From Meiothermus sp. (GTDB lineage Bacteria; Deinococcota; Deinococci; Deinococcales; Thermaceae), in NCBI GenBank assembly GCA_033762915.1, contig JANRLD010000010.1, forward strand, positions 1 to 64,000: a DNA stretch of 64,000 bases. Direction: 5' to 3'. The notes beneath the pieces are model-generated. The model worked only from the letters and a program-made list of their open reading frames with translations, had not been told where the DNA came from and searched no databases. How positions within the stretch are numbered: position 1 is the first letter of the stretch; the number at the start of each line of letters is the position of its first letter. Both the position numbers and the translations under genes were made by a program. Shown in pieces: positions 11,739 through 21,240 of this stretch.

Positions 11739-12477
11739 TGCTGTTGGAGGGGGCCAGGGGCCAGTTGGTTACGCCCACAAACGTACCTTGCACCTGAAGC
11801 ACCCGACCCACCGCGGTTTGCACCACCCGACCCTCTAGGTTGCTCAGCTTGCCCTCGCCCCTCCAGCGCGTCGGGGCATTGGAGGGTGCGGGTTGTTGGA
11901 GGGTGACGAGCCCCGTACCCCCCCTGAAAGGTGCGCTGGCTTGGGTGGGCTGAAAGCTCAAGCTGACCTTTTGATTGCGCAGACCGGCCGCGTAGCTAAC
12001 CGCCACCTCGCCGGCGAATGACACCGCCGTGCCTACTGGCGAACCCGCCAGAGTGGACCCCTCCGCCACCAGGATGAGCGGCATGAAGTAGTTGGAACTG
12101 GCCTGGGCTTGCGGGGCACTGGGATTAATCTGACCCACAAAAGCCGCCCTGTCCCCGGCGCGCACCACCCGGCCACTCACCTGAGCTTGGCCGACGAGCA
12201 CGTGAACGATGTCGGTATCATCCCAGACCGAGCCCACGAGCTTCCGACCCTGCGGTGAGGTTGCCTGAACATTGGTGCCGATAAAGTTACCCTGAACAAC
12301 CTGGGCCTGGAGCTGACTCGAGACCGCCGAGACGCTGATGTCAGCCTCGATCTGCCCCGAGGCATCGGCAAGGGCTGCGAACTCGTCCATTGCGCCAGAA
12401 GGATTTGAGCCGGCACACCCAACCAAAACCAGCAGCGCAACAGCCATCCCGCCGAAATAGCGAAAACCCACCGCCAT
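11713..12477 (-). CDS. Hypothetical lipoprotein
   Basis: Lipobox LVG|C after hydrophobic stretch; RBS GAGGAGG; beta-rich mature part. Confidence 0.75.
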   Translation of the reverse strand: MAVGFRYFGGMAVALLVLVGCAGSNPSGAMDEFAALADASGQIEADISVSAVSSQLQAQVVQGNFIGTNVQATSPQGRKLVGSVWDDTDIVHVLVGQAQVSGRVVRAGDRAAFVGQINPSAPQAQASSNYFMPLILVAEGSTLAGSPVGTAVSFAGEVAVSYAAGLRNQKVSLSFQPTQASAPFRGGTGLVTLQQPAPSNAPTRWRGEGKLSNLEGRVVQTAVGRVLQVQGTFVGVTNWPLAPSNSIIAVLIAL

Positions 12478-12702
12478 AAGCCACCCTCCTCGGTTTTTGC
12501 CGTATATGGTTTTGTATTTTACTCACAATTTTTGTGTGCCGCAAACCCAATTTTTGACAGATGTTTCAAACCATCGGGTACCGCTGCACATGCTCAACGG
12601 CAGCCGATGCTTGGCAACTTCGGCTGCGGAAGGAGGAGGGCGGGGATGAATGCGTTGATAAGCTCTACGCAGTACGCAAAAGCTCCGCGCGTGCGCGCCG
12701 GG

Positions 12703-12731
12703 TTGTACGCGCTAAAACGATTTAGTAGACT
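12703..12731 (+). promoter_or_regulatory. Sigma-A promoter overlapped by a LacI-type operator
   Basis: TTGTAC-17 nt-TAGACT; near-palindrome CTAAAACGATTTAG at 12712-12725 with central CG. Confidence 0.6.
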
Positions 12732-12774
12732 GGGGTGAAACCGGAAAGATCGACCGCCCCCCGAAGGAGTCTTT

Positions 12775-13506
12775 ATGCCCAAAGTCACCGTCTGGAATGA
12801 GTTCCTCCACGAACAGCGCAACCCCAAGGTGCAGGCTATCTACCCCGACGGCATCCACGAGGCCGTGGCAGGGCCGCTGCGGGAGGCCGGTTTTGAGGTG
12901 GGTACGGCGACCCTCGAGCAGCCCCAGCACGGCCTGACGCAGGAGGTCCTCGACGCCACCGACGTGCTGATCTGGTGGGGCCACATGGCCCACGACAAGG
13001 TGGCCGACGAGGTCGTGGAGCGGGTCTACCGCCGGGTGCTGCAGGGGATGGGCCTGATCGTGCTGCACTCGGGCCACTACTCCAAAATTTTCGTTCGGCT
13101 GATGGGCACCAACTGCTCGCTAAAGTGGCGCGAGGCCAACGACCGCGAGCGGCTGTGGGTGGTGGCCCCCGGCCACCCCATCACCGAGGGGATCGGCGAG
13201 CACATCACCCTCGAGGCCGAGGAGATGTACGGCGAGCACTTCGACATTCCCCAGCCCGACGAGCTGGTGTTTGTGAGCTGGTTCAGCGGCGGCGAGGTCT
13301 TCAGGTCGGGGGCCTGCTACCGCCGGGGCCAGGGCCGCGTCTTCTACTTCCGCCCGGGCCACGAGACCTACCCCACCTACCACAACCCCGAAATCCAGAG
13401 GGTCATCGCCAACGCAGTGCGCTGGGCGGCCCCCTACCCGGGCCTCAAGCGCCAGGAGCACAACGTCTCGCCCAACACCAAGCCGCTCGAGAAGCTGCCC
13501 GAATAG
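12775..13506 (+). CDS. thuA: ThuA-domain (trehalose utilisation) protein
   Basis: [52 protein letters not shown]. Confidence 0.9.
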   Translation: MPKVTVWNEFLHEQRNPKVQAIYPDGIHEAVAGPLREAGFEVGTATLEQPQHGLTQEVLDATDVLIWWGHMAHDKVADEVVERVYRRVLQGMGLIVLHSGHYSKIFVRLMGTNCSLKWREANDRERLWVVAPGHPITEGIGEHITLEAEEMYGEHFDIPQPDELVFVSWFSGGEVFRSGACYRRGQGRVFYFRPGHETYPTYHNPEIQRVIANAVRWAAPYPGLKRQEHNVSPNTKPLEKLPE

Positions 13507-13507
13507 C

Positions 13508-13548
13508 GGGCTCGGGGCTCAGGAAAGCCTAACCCCCGAGCCCCCTTT
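13508..13548 (+). terminator. Hairpin, possible terminator after thuA
   Basis: GGGCTCGGGG...CCCCGAGCCC with only a short T tract. Confidence 0.45.
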
Positions 13549-13566
13549 GCCTGGTAGCCTCGAGGG

Positions 13567-14211
13567 GTGCGCCGGCTTTTCCCGCTCTTTTTGTGGCTCG
13601 CGCTGTGTATGGCCGCCCCCGCCCTGGCCCAACGTCCGGTGGTGCTGGTGCATGGCATAGACGACACCGCCGCTGTCTTTGACCCCATGCGGGCCGAACT
13701 CGAGCGCCACGGCCTGCGTACCTTCGCCCTCAGCATGACCCCCAGGGGCGGCGAGGCCGAGTTGCAGGTGCTGGCTGAGCAGTTGGCCGAGTTTGTGCAG
13801 CAACGCCTGGGCGACCAGCCCTTTGACCTGGTCGGCTTCAGCATGGGCGGGCTGGTCAGCCGCTACTACCTGCAACGGATGGGCGGCCTGGCTCGAGTCG
13901 GCCGCTTCATCACCTTGTCCAGCCCCCACAACGGCACCCTCACGGCCTGGCTGTGCAACCGCCCCGGCTGTCAGCAGATGCGCCCCGGCTCGAGCTTCCT
14001 GACCGACCTGAACCACGACGCACAGGTGCTCGAGCGGGTCCGGTTCACCTCGGTCTACACCCCTTCTGACCTGATGATCCTCCCCCCCCAAAGCTCGGCG
14101 CTGCCGGTGGGGCGCACCCTCGAGATCCCCGTCCCCTTCCACGGCTGGGTGGTGCGGGATGCGCGGATTATCCGAACGGTGTTGGAGTTGTTAAGGGGGT
14201 TCTCGGATTGA
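13567..14211 (+). CDS. Secreted alpha/beta-hydrolase (lipase/esterase)
   Basis: Signal peptide; VVLVHG, nucleophile GFSMGG, SPHNGT. Confidence 0.88.
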   Translation: MRRLFPLFLWLALCMAAPALAQRPVVLVHGIDDTAAVFDPMRAELERHGLRTFALSMTPRGGEAELQVLAEQLAEFVQQRLGDQPFDLVGFSMGGLVSRYYLQRMGGLARVGRFITLSSPHNGTLTAWLCNRPGCQQMRPGSSFLTDLNHDAQVLERVRFTSVYTPSDLMILPPQSSALPVGRTLEIPVPFHGWVVRDARIIRTVLELLRGFSD

Positions 14212-14322
14212 CTCCCGGCCCACCGGCGCATTGCCTTGGCGGGCGTTTGGGCAAGACTTGACATCTTTACCCCGGAGACCCTTAAGGGCGGGGGCGGTAG
14301 GCGCCGCAAAGCCTCGGGCTTG

Positions 14323-14428
14323 AAAGCGGTTTGCGCCCTTACGCCTCACCTGGAGATGCGCTAAAGCGGGCGTAATGTACCCCGCATATCCGGGCCTCCG
14401 CGTGCGGGGTACTCCTGGGAGCCGCCGT
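14323..14428 (+). repeat. Two-hairpin MITE/REP-like element, subfamily B
   Basis: AAAGCGGTT.. CCC TTACGCC..GGCGTAA TG TACCCCGCAT-loop-GTGCGGGGTA CTCC TGGGAGCCGCCGT. Confidence 0.7.
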
Positions 14429-14566
14429 GAAATCTTCTCCGGTTGTGTTGCCTCTCTCCCAGTTACCCCCGATAGGAGAGCTTCCAGCCTCCCCTTTCTC
14501 CGCTCTTGCTAAACAACTCCCGCCAATTCACCAACCTACTGGTCAAAACTCGATATAGTTGGAAAC

Positions 14567-15373
14567 GTGAGCCTAGCAGGGGTGACGCTCGAGGGCCGGT
14601 ACACGGTCATCCGCCCGATTGCACGCGGGGCGGTAGCAACCGTGTACCTAGCGCTCGACCTCCAGGGCACCCCTTACGCGCTCAAGATTTTCCCCAAGGG
14701 CTACGAGGGCCGGGCCGACCGGGAGTACAAGGTGGGGGAACTGCTCCAGCACCCCCGGATCAACCCGGTCCTGGAGCGGCTGACCGTGCCCCACGAGGGC
14801 CTCGAGAAGCCCGCCGTGCTGATGGCCTACGCGCCCGGCACCCGGCTGTCGGAGTGGCGGCGGGACAACCTGACCCAGGGTCTGAAGGTCTTCGGGGAGT
14901 TGCTCGAGGCGCTGGCCCACATGCACACCCACGGCCTGGTGCACCGCGACGTGAAGCCGGACAACCTGATGGTCGACCGCGAGGGCCAGGCCCGGCTGCT
15001 CGACTTCGACCTCTCGGGGCCCTCCCACGAGCCGTTCAAGCAGCCGGTGCGCCTGGGCACCATCGCCTACCTCTCCCCCGAGCAGGTCGGCGGGCAGTCC
15101 CCCACCCCGGCCTCCGACGTGTACTCGGTGGGCATCCTGTTTCACTGGGTGGTCTCGGGCGAACTGCCCTACCAGGGCGAGCCGGCCGAGGTCATGGCGG
15201 CCCACCTGCGGCAGCCCATGCCCGAGCTGATCCCCCAGCCGGGAACCGGGATCGTGGCCAGCCGGGCACTGCTCGAGTACGCCGCCCGCATGACGGCCAA
15301 AAACCCCGCCGAGCGCTTCGCCAACGCCGAAGAGGCCCTGCGGGTGTTCCGGCTGCTGCGGACCGAAGGTTGA
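14567..15373 (+). CDS. Hanks-type Ser/Thr protein kinase (kinase domain only)
   Basis: ARGAVATVY, ALK, HRDVKPDN, DFD, GTIAYLSPE, SDVYSVG. Confidence 0.9.
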   Translation: MSLAGVTLEGRYTVIRPIARGAVATVYLALDLQGTPYALKIFPKGYEGRADREYKVGELLQHPRINPVLERLTVPHEGLEKPAVLMAYAPGTRLSEWRRDNLTQGLKVFGELLEALAHMHTHGLVHRDVKPDNLMVDREGQARLLDFDLSGPSHEPFKQPVRLGTIAYLSPEQVGGQSPTPASDVYSVGILFHWVVSGELPYQGEPAEVMAAHLRQPMPELIPQPGTGIVASRALLEYAARMTAKNPAERFANAEEALRVFRLLRTEG

Positions 15374-15459
15374 GGCCGCCAAGGGCCAAAGGACGAAGGC
15401 CGAAAGTCTGGGCGATTCCGCCGCACGACCTTCGGCCTTCGAGTGTCTCTTGCAACAAC

Positions 15460-15876
15460 CTACTTCGGCTTGTACATATCCACCCCACCGGCCTTGGTGA
15501 GGTTGGCCATCAGCGCGTCGGGGGTGACCAGGGGCTTGGAGTTGGCGTCGCCGGGGAGGGAGCCCGCGAAGACCTCGAGCACGTCGGCGTAGCCGTCACC
15601 GTCGGCGTCCTTCATGGCCTTGAGGGTCTCGTACAGCGCGTCGCCGATGTTGCCCTTGAAGTTGCCCCGCACGGCATCGCCGAAGGGGTTCCAGGGCGCC
15701 CCGCCGTTGGCGTTGACGTGGCAGTAGGTGCACCCTACTGCGCGGGTGTTGCCGCTGTCAGCGACCAGCATAAACTGGGCGATGGCGGCAGTGCGGTAAG
15801 CCGGACGGGCCGACGCCACTGAGGCGACCAATAGACCCAATGCAACCGCTAAAGCCAGGTAACCAAGCTTTCTCAT
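15460..15876 (-). CDS. Secreted c-type cytochrome-like protein with TSP3-like acidic motif
   Basis: Signal peptide; CTYCH heme motif; NPFG; DADGDGYADVLEVFAGSLPGD. Confidence 0.75.
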   Translation of the reverse strand: MRKLGYLALAVALGLLVASVASARPAYRTAAIAQFMLVADSGNTRAVGCTYCHVNANGGAPWNPFGDAVRGNFKGNIGDALYETLKAMKDADGDGYADVLEVFAGSLPGDANSKPLVTPDALMANLTKAGGVDMYKPK

Positions 15877-16052
15877 AAAAGCCTCCCTCCGATGACCCCA
15901 ACAATATACCGTTTACCGCTTTAGAAAATCTACTGCTGGTTAAGGGTTTTCTTAATAACGACTCATGACGCTGCCGGGGCAAGGCCACCCGCTGCGGTTA
16001 GGATCGCTCCTTCAGGCTGCGGCCAGTGGACCCTCCGGCCGAACAGACCTGC

Positions 16053-16904
16053 CTACACCTGCGGGTCTCGTGGCAAAGACCACACGCGCCTCAGGTGGGC
16101 GCTCACCCGCTGGTCGTCCTGGGTCGGGTAGTCGAAGCCGAAGTGCGCGGCGACCTCGAGCCCGACCCCCCTAAACAGCTCCGTCAGCGCGAACAGGCCT
16201 GTCCACAGCTTGTCCACATCGGCCTCGGCGTAGCTCTTCAGCAGGAGGCCCCACCGCTCTTCGCCCAGGTGCCCGGGCAGCCTCTTGCCGGACTTACCGG
16301 GGTTCTGCCGGAAATCGGTGGCGATGCCGAAGTGCCACTCGAGCAACTTCATCAACTGGGCACGCAGAATCTCGAGGTGATCCTGCGCGTAGATCACCCG
16401 CCCGCGCCACAACCCCTTGGCGACGTACGGCGCGACCCACCAGAACTCGTTGCAGCACTCGAAAAACTGCTTGGCACTGGGCGGTTCGGGAAAGTAGCTG
16501 GCCTCGCCGGGCGGGGGTAACTCGAGCAGGCCATCCTTGTCCAAAAGTACGCGACTCAGAGAGTCTTGGAGCAATTCGTCTTTCCTATCCAGCGAAAACA
16601 GCGTGAGGTCGAGGCGGTTGCCGTCCATGAACTGTAACAAGTAGGCGTAGCGGCCGGGTTGCGGCCCATCGCCGAACTCGTCCGGCAGTTGCCTCACCAT
16701 GCACTCGCCGAAGCGGTCTATCCAGCCGGGCTCGGCCCTGAAGGACGCAACGTCGGTCACCAGGTAGACGACGTCGAAGTCGGCGAAGGGGTCTGCTGCG
16801 GCCTCGGGGAGCGCCCTCGAGCCGTTGATCACCACCGCCCGCACGCGGCCGTCGGCCCGGGCGGTCTCGAGGATGAGTTGCATCATCTCGGCCTCGCTGC
16901 GCAT
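16053..16904 (-). CDS. Aminoglycoside 6-adenylyltransferase (AadK/ANT(6)) family protein
   Basis: MRSEAEMM, NGSR, DPFADFDVVY, F.DGNRLDL, CCNEFWWVAPYVAKGLWR. Confidence 0.88.
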   Translation of the reverse strand: MRSEAEMMQLILETARADGRVRAVVINGSRALPEAAADPFADFDVVYLVTDVASFRAEPGWIDRFGECMVRQLPDEFGDGPQPGRYAYLLQFMDGNRLDLTLFSLDRKDELLQDSLSRVLLDKDGLLELPPPGEASYFPEPPSAKQFFECCNEFWWVAPYVAKGLWRGRVIYAQDHLEILRAQLMKLLEWHFGIATDFRQNPGKSGKRLPGHLGEERWGLLLKSYAEADVDKLWTGLFALTELFRGVGLEVAAHFGFDYPTQDDQRVSAHLRRVWSLPRDPQV

Positions 16905-16913
16905 CGCCTCACT

Positions 16914-17783
16914 TTACCGCCGCACCACCAGCGCCACCCCGACCATCGCCACTGCCATGCCGAGCAGCGCCAGCGCCCCCAGCCGTTCGCCGAAGAGGAG
17001 GTAGGCCTCGAGGGCGGTCGCGGGAGGGACGAGGTAGAACAGGCTGGCGACGGCACTGGCCGAGTTGTGGCGGATCAGATACATCAGGAGCAGAATGGCC
17101 CCGATGGAGAGCACCAAAACCAGCCAGCCCATCGCCAGCGCGAACTGCGGGGTCCACTCGATGCGCATGCGCTCCCCGAAGAGCAGGGCCAGGACCAGCA
17201 AACCCGCTGAAGCGGCAACGTACTGCACCACCGTCCCGCCCACCAGCGGCATGCTCGAGCCAAAGCGCTTCTGATACACCGTGCCCAGCGTGGTGCAGAC
17301 CAGCGCCAGGGAGACGGCCACGAAAGCCGAGGGCTCGATCTGGGCGACGCGGGCGCTCAGTACCTTCTCCCCTACCACCAGCGCCACGCCCACGAACCCC
17401 AGAACCAGGCCTGACCACTGCACGGCGTTCACCCGCTCGCGCAGCAGTAGCTGGGCCAGGATGGCCGTCAGGATCGGCTGTAGGCCCACGATCAGCGCCG
17501 CCAGACCTGCGGGCAGGCCCCTCGAGATGGCGAAAAACACCCCGCCCAGGTAGCCGGCGTGCAGGAGCACACCGGTCACCCCGGCATGGGCGGCGAGCGC
17601 CCAGCTCGAGGGCCACTCGGCCCGGGTAGCCAGCGCGAACGCCCCCAGCAGCGCCACCACGATCAGCATCCGCAGCAGCAGGAAGGTGAAGGGCTCGGCG
17701 TAGGGCAGCCCGAACTTGGCTCCCACGAAGCCGGTGCTCCACAGCAGCACGAAGATGAACGGGGCCAGGCGGGCAAGGGTCAT
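16914..17783 (-). CDS. EamA/DMT family transporter
   Basis: About 10 TM; FVLLWSTGF, ALIVGLQP, SLFYLVPP, LFGE. Confidence 0.9.
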   Translation of the reverse strand: MTLARLAPFIFVLLWSTGFVGAKFGLPYAEPFTFLLLRMLIVVALLGAFALATRAEWPSSWALAAHAGVTGVLLHAGYLGGVFFAISRGLPAGLAALIVGLQPILTAILAQLLLRERVNAVQWSGLVLGFVGVALVVGEKVLSARVAQIEPSAFVAVSLALVCTTLGTVYQKRFGSSMPLVGGTVVQYVAASAGLLVLALLFGERMRIEWTPQFALAMGWLVLVLSIGAILLLMYLIRHNSASAVASLFYLVPPATALEAYLLFGERLGALALLGMAVAMVGVALVVRR

Positions 17784-17787
17784 AGGG

Positions 17788-18111
17788 TTAGAACAACCAC
17801 TGCAACAGCCACAGCGTCCCCATCCCGCCCGCCAGCGTCAGCAGCACGTTCTGGAAGCGCCAGGCCAGCGCGAAGGCCACCAGCCCCGCCCACAGCGGCG
17901 GGTAGTTGAGGCTGGTCAGCAGCCTGCCCTCTTGGGTGAGAAAGGCGGGCAGCACCAGTCCCGCCAGGGTTGCAGCGGGCACGTAGCGCAGGGCCTGCTC
18001 GAGCAGGGGCGGCAGCTTGAAGCGCTCCAGGAGCACCATCGGCCCGTAGCGCAGCCCGAAGGCGATGAAGCCCATCACGATGATGATGAACCACAGCTCG
18101 AGGCTGCTCAC
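17788..18111 (-). CDS. azlD: AzlD-family small membrane subunit
   Basis: GTG overlapping azlC stop; ALRYVPAATLAGLVLP. Confidence 0.85.
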   Translation of the reverse strand: MSSLELWFIIIVMGFIAFGLRYGPMVLLERFKLPPLLEQALRYVPAATLAGLVLPAFLTQEGRLLTSLNYPPLWAGLVAFALAWRFQNVLLTLAGGMGTLWLLQWLF

Positions 18112-18824
18112 GCGGCCCTCCGGCCCAGCATCCGGTTCTCGAGCCAGACCCCGGCCGCGATGCCCGCGATGGCCCCCAGGAACAGCCCGCTGCGGTAGGG
18201 CAGCCAGGCGAAGGCGGTGGCGACCAGCCCGCCCACCAGCGCGGCGGCGATGCTGGGGCGGGTCTTGAGCACCGGCACCAGCAGCACCAAAAAGCACAGC
18301 GGAACGGCGAACTCCAACGACCACGCGGCCGGAACCCTGGCCCCCAGGTAGGCCCCGATGAAGGTAGACACCACCCAGTTCACCCACAGCGGTGTCCCCA
18401 CCCCCATGTAAAACCAGGGGGTAAGGTGGGGGCCGTAGGCCTCGAAGCGCTGCACCGCCAGCACGAAGTTCTGGTCCACCAGCAAGAAGGCCGCCAGCGC
18501 CTTGAGCCAGCCCCGAAAAGCTGCCAGCGGCTTCGCCACCGCGCTGCTGTACATGATGTAGCGCAGGTTGACCACCAAACCGGCCAGCAGCACGAAGGGA
18601 ATGGCCGCCCCGGTGCCCATCAATTGCAGCGAGACCAGCTGGGCGGCACCCGCAAAGACCCAGGCCGACATCAGGGTGACCTCGAGCGGGCTCATCCCGG
18701 CCTGGGTGCCCGCGACCCCGGTCACGAAGGCGAAGGGTACGTTGCTCAGGGTGAGGGGCAGCACCGTGACGGCGCCCAGCCAGAAGGCGGCTCGAGGGGT
18801 GGCGGGGACGGGGGGGGTAGTCAC
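18108..18824 (-). CDS. azlC: AzlC-family amino acid exporter permease
   Basis: MSAWVFAGAAQL, VNLRYIMYS, FLLVDQNF, LEFAVP; GTG overlapping upstream stop. Confidence 0.9.
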   Translation of the reverse strand: MTTPPVPATPRAAFWLGAVTVLPLTLSNVPFAFVTGVAGTQAGMSPLEVTLMSAWVFAGAAQLVSLQLMGTGAAIPFVLLAGLVVNLRYIMYSSAVAKPLAAFRGWLKALAAFLLVDQNFVLAVQRFEAYGPHLTPWFYMGVGTPLWVNWVVSTFIGAYLGARVPAAWSLEFAVPLCFLVLLVPVLKTRPSIAAALVGGLVATAFAWLPYRSGLFLGAIAGIAAGVWLENRMLGRRAA

Positions 18825-20107
18825 AGCCAGTCCCTCATCTGTTGCGGGGTCAGGTTGGAGCCGCACAGTATCGTTGCCACCCGCTTTGAGGCAAAGAGCG
18901 CGGGGTTTTCCTGGATGGCCGCCAGGCCTACGGCCCCCGAAGGCTCGAGCACCAAGCCGAGGTGGGTGTGGGCCAACTTCATGCACTCCAGCAGGGTCGC
19001 GTCTTCGACCAGCAGCACCTCGTCCACGAGGCCATACATATCCTCAACCGCCTCGGGAATGGGGACGCGCACCCCGATGCCATCGGCGATGGTGTGGATG
19101 TGGGGGTTCTCGACCATGGTGCGCGAACGCCAGGACTGCTCCATCGCGGGCGCGCCCTTGGCGGCGGCGGCAACGACCCGGACCTGCGGAGCCTGGGCCT
19201 TGACCCAGCGGGCGATGCCCCCCAGCATGGCCCCGTTGCCCAGCGGCACCACTACCGCCTCGAGGGGTTTGGGGTATTGCAACAACTCCACCGCCATCGA
19301 GCCCGTGCCCTCAGAAATGAGTGGCTCCTTGCCGTCCTCCACCATCCAGGCCCCGGTTTCGGCGCAAAAGCGCTTGGCCTCGAGCTTGGCGGCGTCAAAG
19401 TCTTCACCATATAGCCGCACCTCAGCCCCCAGCGCTTGCATGCGTTCAATCTTGAGGGGGTTGGCATTGACCGAGGCATAGACCACCAGCGGCAGCCCGT
19501 GCTTGCGGCAGGCGTAGGCCATGGCCTGCCCGAAGTTGCCCGCACTGGCGCAGACCAGCGCGGGCAATCCCCCACCGCTTCGCGGAGCTCCGTTGTTAAG
19601 GGGGGTGGCCCGCAGGGCCGGGGGGATGGCCTCGCCCGCGACCACCTTCTGAATGAAGTAATCGGCCCCCCGCCCCTTGAAGCTGCGGATGGGGTTGAGG
19701 GTCTCGACCTTAACTACCAACTCGCAGCCCAACCCGGCACTAAGGCTTTCGGGGCTGAACTGCGGCGAGTTGAGGAACACCAGGTCTATGCGCTGAGCAG
19801 CCTCGAGGATGTGTTCCAGCCTCAGGCGGTGCTCGACCACCGCCTCACCCAGCCTGGTGCGGACGTAGCTCGAGCCGTCGCGCTGCCGCTCGAAAAACCC
19901 CCGCTCGAACAGTTCGCGGCGCAGCAAGGCCCAGTCGTCGAAGGTGTGCCATGCCTTGAGGATGTGGTTGACCTCGAGTTCGCTATAGGTTTTGTCGCGC
20001 ACGAACCTCGAGGCCAGGTACTCGATTACCGCCGTCTTTTCTGTGGGCTTGCTGGGCCAGCGCAAGACCTGGCCCTCGGCGTTGAGGTGGTTGCGAATCC
20101 CGTTCAT
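18821..20107 (-). CDS. DUF2087-like domain fused to a PLP-dependent threonine/serine dehydratase-like enzyme
   Basis: N-terminal WPSK..YSELEVN..DDWALLRREL..G; C-terminal KVETLNPIRSFKGRGA, ASAGNFGQ, PLGNGAM, LEPSGA, CGSN; start 20107 or 20113. Confidence 0.85.
   Translation of the reverse strand: MNGIRNHLNAEGQVLRWPSKPTEKTAVIEYLASRFVRDKTYSELEVNHILKAWHTFDDWALLRRELFERGFFERQRDGSSYVRTRLGEAVVEHRLRLEHILEAAQRIDLVFLNSPQFSPESLSAGLGCELVVKVETLNPIRSFKGRGADYFIQKVVAGEAIPPALRATPLNNGAPRSGGGLPALVCASAGNFGQAMAYACRKHGLPLVVYASVNANPLKIERMQALGAEVRLYGEDFDAAKLEAKRFCAETGAWMVEDGKEPLISEGTGSMAVELLQYPKPLEAVVVPLGNGAMLGGIARWVKAQAPQVRVVAAAAKGAPAMEQSWRSRTMVENPHIHTIADGIGVRVPIPEAVEDMYGLVDEVLLVEDATLLECMKLAHTHLGLVLEPSGAVGLAAIQENPALFASKRVATILCGSNLTPQQMRDWL
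19567..19627. repeat. Palindromic element inside the dehydratase CDS
   Basis: Ends ATCCCCC/GGGGGAT with internal hairpins CCGC-TTC-GCGG and GGCCC-GCA-GGGCC. Confidence 0.65.
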
Positions 20108-21240
20108 GCGCAAAACTCCTTAGCGGTCTCCACGAGAACTTGGGTCAGTTTTTCCATGCTTTCCAGCTCCACGTACTCCACCGCCGCGTGCGCACCCGCC
20201 CCGTCGACGCCCAGCAAAAACGCCGGGATTCCCGCGGCCTTCAGGATGGCCGCGTCCGTCCAGAAGGGCTCGCCGCGGTAGCTGGGGGTCTTGCCCGCGA
20301 TGGCCTCGACCTGGCGCTTGGCGATCTGGATGATCGGTTCGTTGGTGGACATTTCCATCGGGCTGCGACTGAAGCCTCGAGTGAGGGTGTACTTGAAATC
20401 CGAATCCTCGGCGGCAATCCGCTGGAGAATCTCGAGCAATTCCCGCTCCACCGCTTCGGGCGTCTCGTGCGGCAACGTCCGCCGCTCTACCGAGAGCCTG
20501 CACTCGGCGGGGTAGCTGCTCAGCTCCTGCCCACCCGAGATCAGCGAGGCGTGGACGGAGCCGTGCTTGAGCAGCGGATGGCTTTCCACCGAGCGCAAAC
20601 CCTTGTCATACTGCTCGAGAGCCGCCAGAAACTTCCCCATCTTGGCAATCGCATCAATCCCCAGCTCGGGCCTCGAGCCGTGCGCGGCCCTGCCGTGCAC
20701 TACCACGTCGAGCCACACAAAACCCTTGTGCGCGACCGTTAGGTCCAGGTGTGTCGGCTCGGTGACGATGGCGGCGTCGGCGCTAAAGCGCCGGGCCACC
20801 TCCTCGGTGCCGATCGAGGCGTACTCCTCGTCGGCCACGCAGGCCACCAGGATGTCGCCGCGCAGCCTGAGCGACTTGGCCCGCTTGGCCGCGACCAGCA
20901 TCGCTGCGAGACCGCTCTTCATGTCGAAGCTGCCGCGCCCGTACATCCGCCCGTCTCGAATCACCGGCTCCAGCGGCTCGCCCTCGAAGGGCAGCAGCCC
21001 CACCGTGTCCAGGTGCCCGTTAAACATCAGTGAGCGCCCACCGCCCGCGCCCCGCGCAATCCCCACCACGCTGGGACGGCCCGGGGTGGCCTCGAGCCAG
21101 TGCACCTCAAAGCCGTTGACCTTTAGCCAGTCGGCGACAAACAGGGCAACCTGGCCCTCCCCCGCCGCACCCGGCTGAAGGTCCGGGTTGACGGAGTTGA
21201 TCTTGAGCAGTTCGGCGAGGAGTTGCACGGCCTCTGTCAT
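20104..21240 (-). CDS. ArgE/DapE (M20) family deacylase
   Basis: NGHLDTV, GRGSFDMKSG, DEE, EPT, GRAAHGS, GAHAAVE. Confidence 0.92.
   Translation of the reverse strand: MTEAVQLLAELLKINSVNPDLQPGAAGEGQVALFVADWLKVNGFEVHWLEATPGRPSVVGIARGAGGGRSLMFNGHLDTVGLLPFEGEPLEPVIRDGRMYGRGSFDMKSGLAAMLVAAKRAKSLRLRGDILVACVADEEYASIGTEEVARRFSADAAIVTEPTHLDLTVAHKGFVWLDVVVHGRAAHGSRPELGIDAIAKMGKFLAALEQYDKGLRSVESHPLLKHGSVHASLISGGQELSSYPAECRLSVERRTLPHETPEAVERELLEILQRIAAEDSDFKYTLTRGFSRSPMEMSTNEPIIQIAKRQVEAIAGKTPSYRGEPFWTDAAILKAAGIPAFLLGVDGAGAHAAVEYVELESMEKLTQVLVETAKEFCA

Noticed and set aside
12491..12504. CGGTTTTTGCCGTA matching the loop of the 93-bp element
   Set aside because: No flanking arms or terminal repeats; likely chance.
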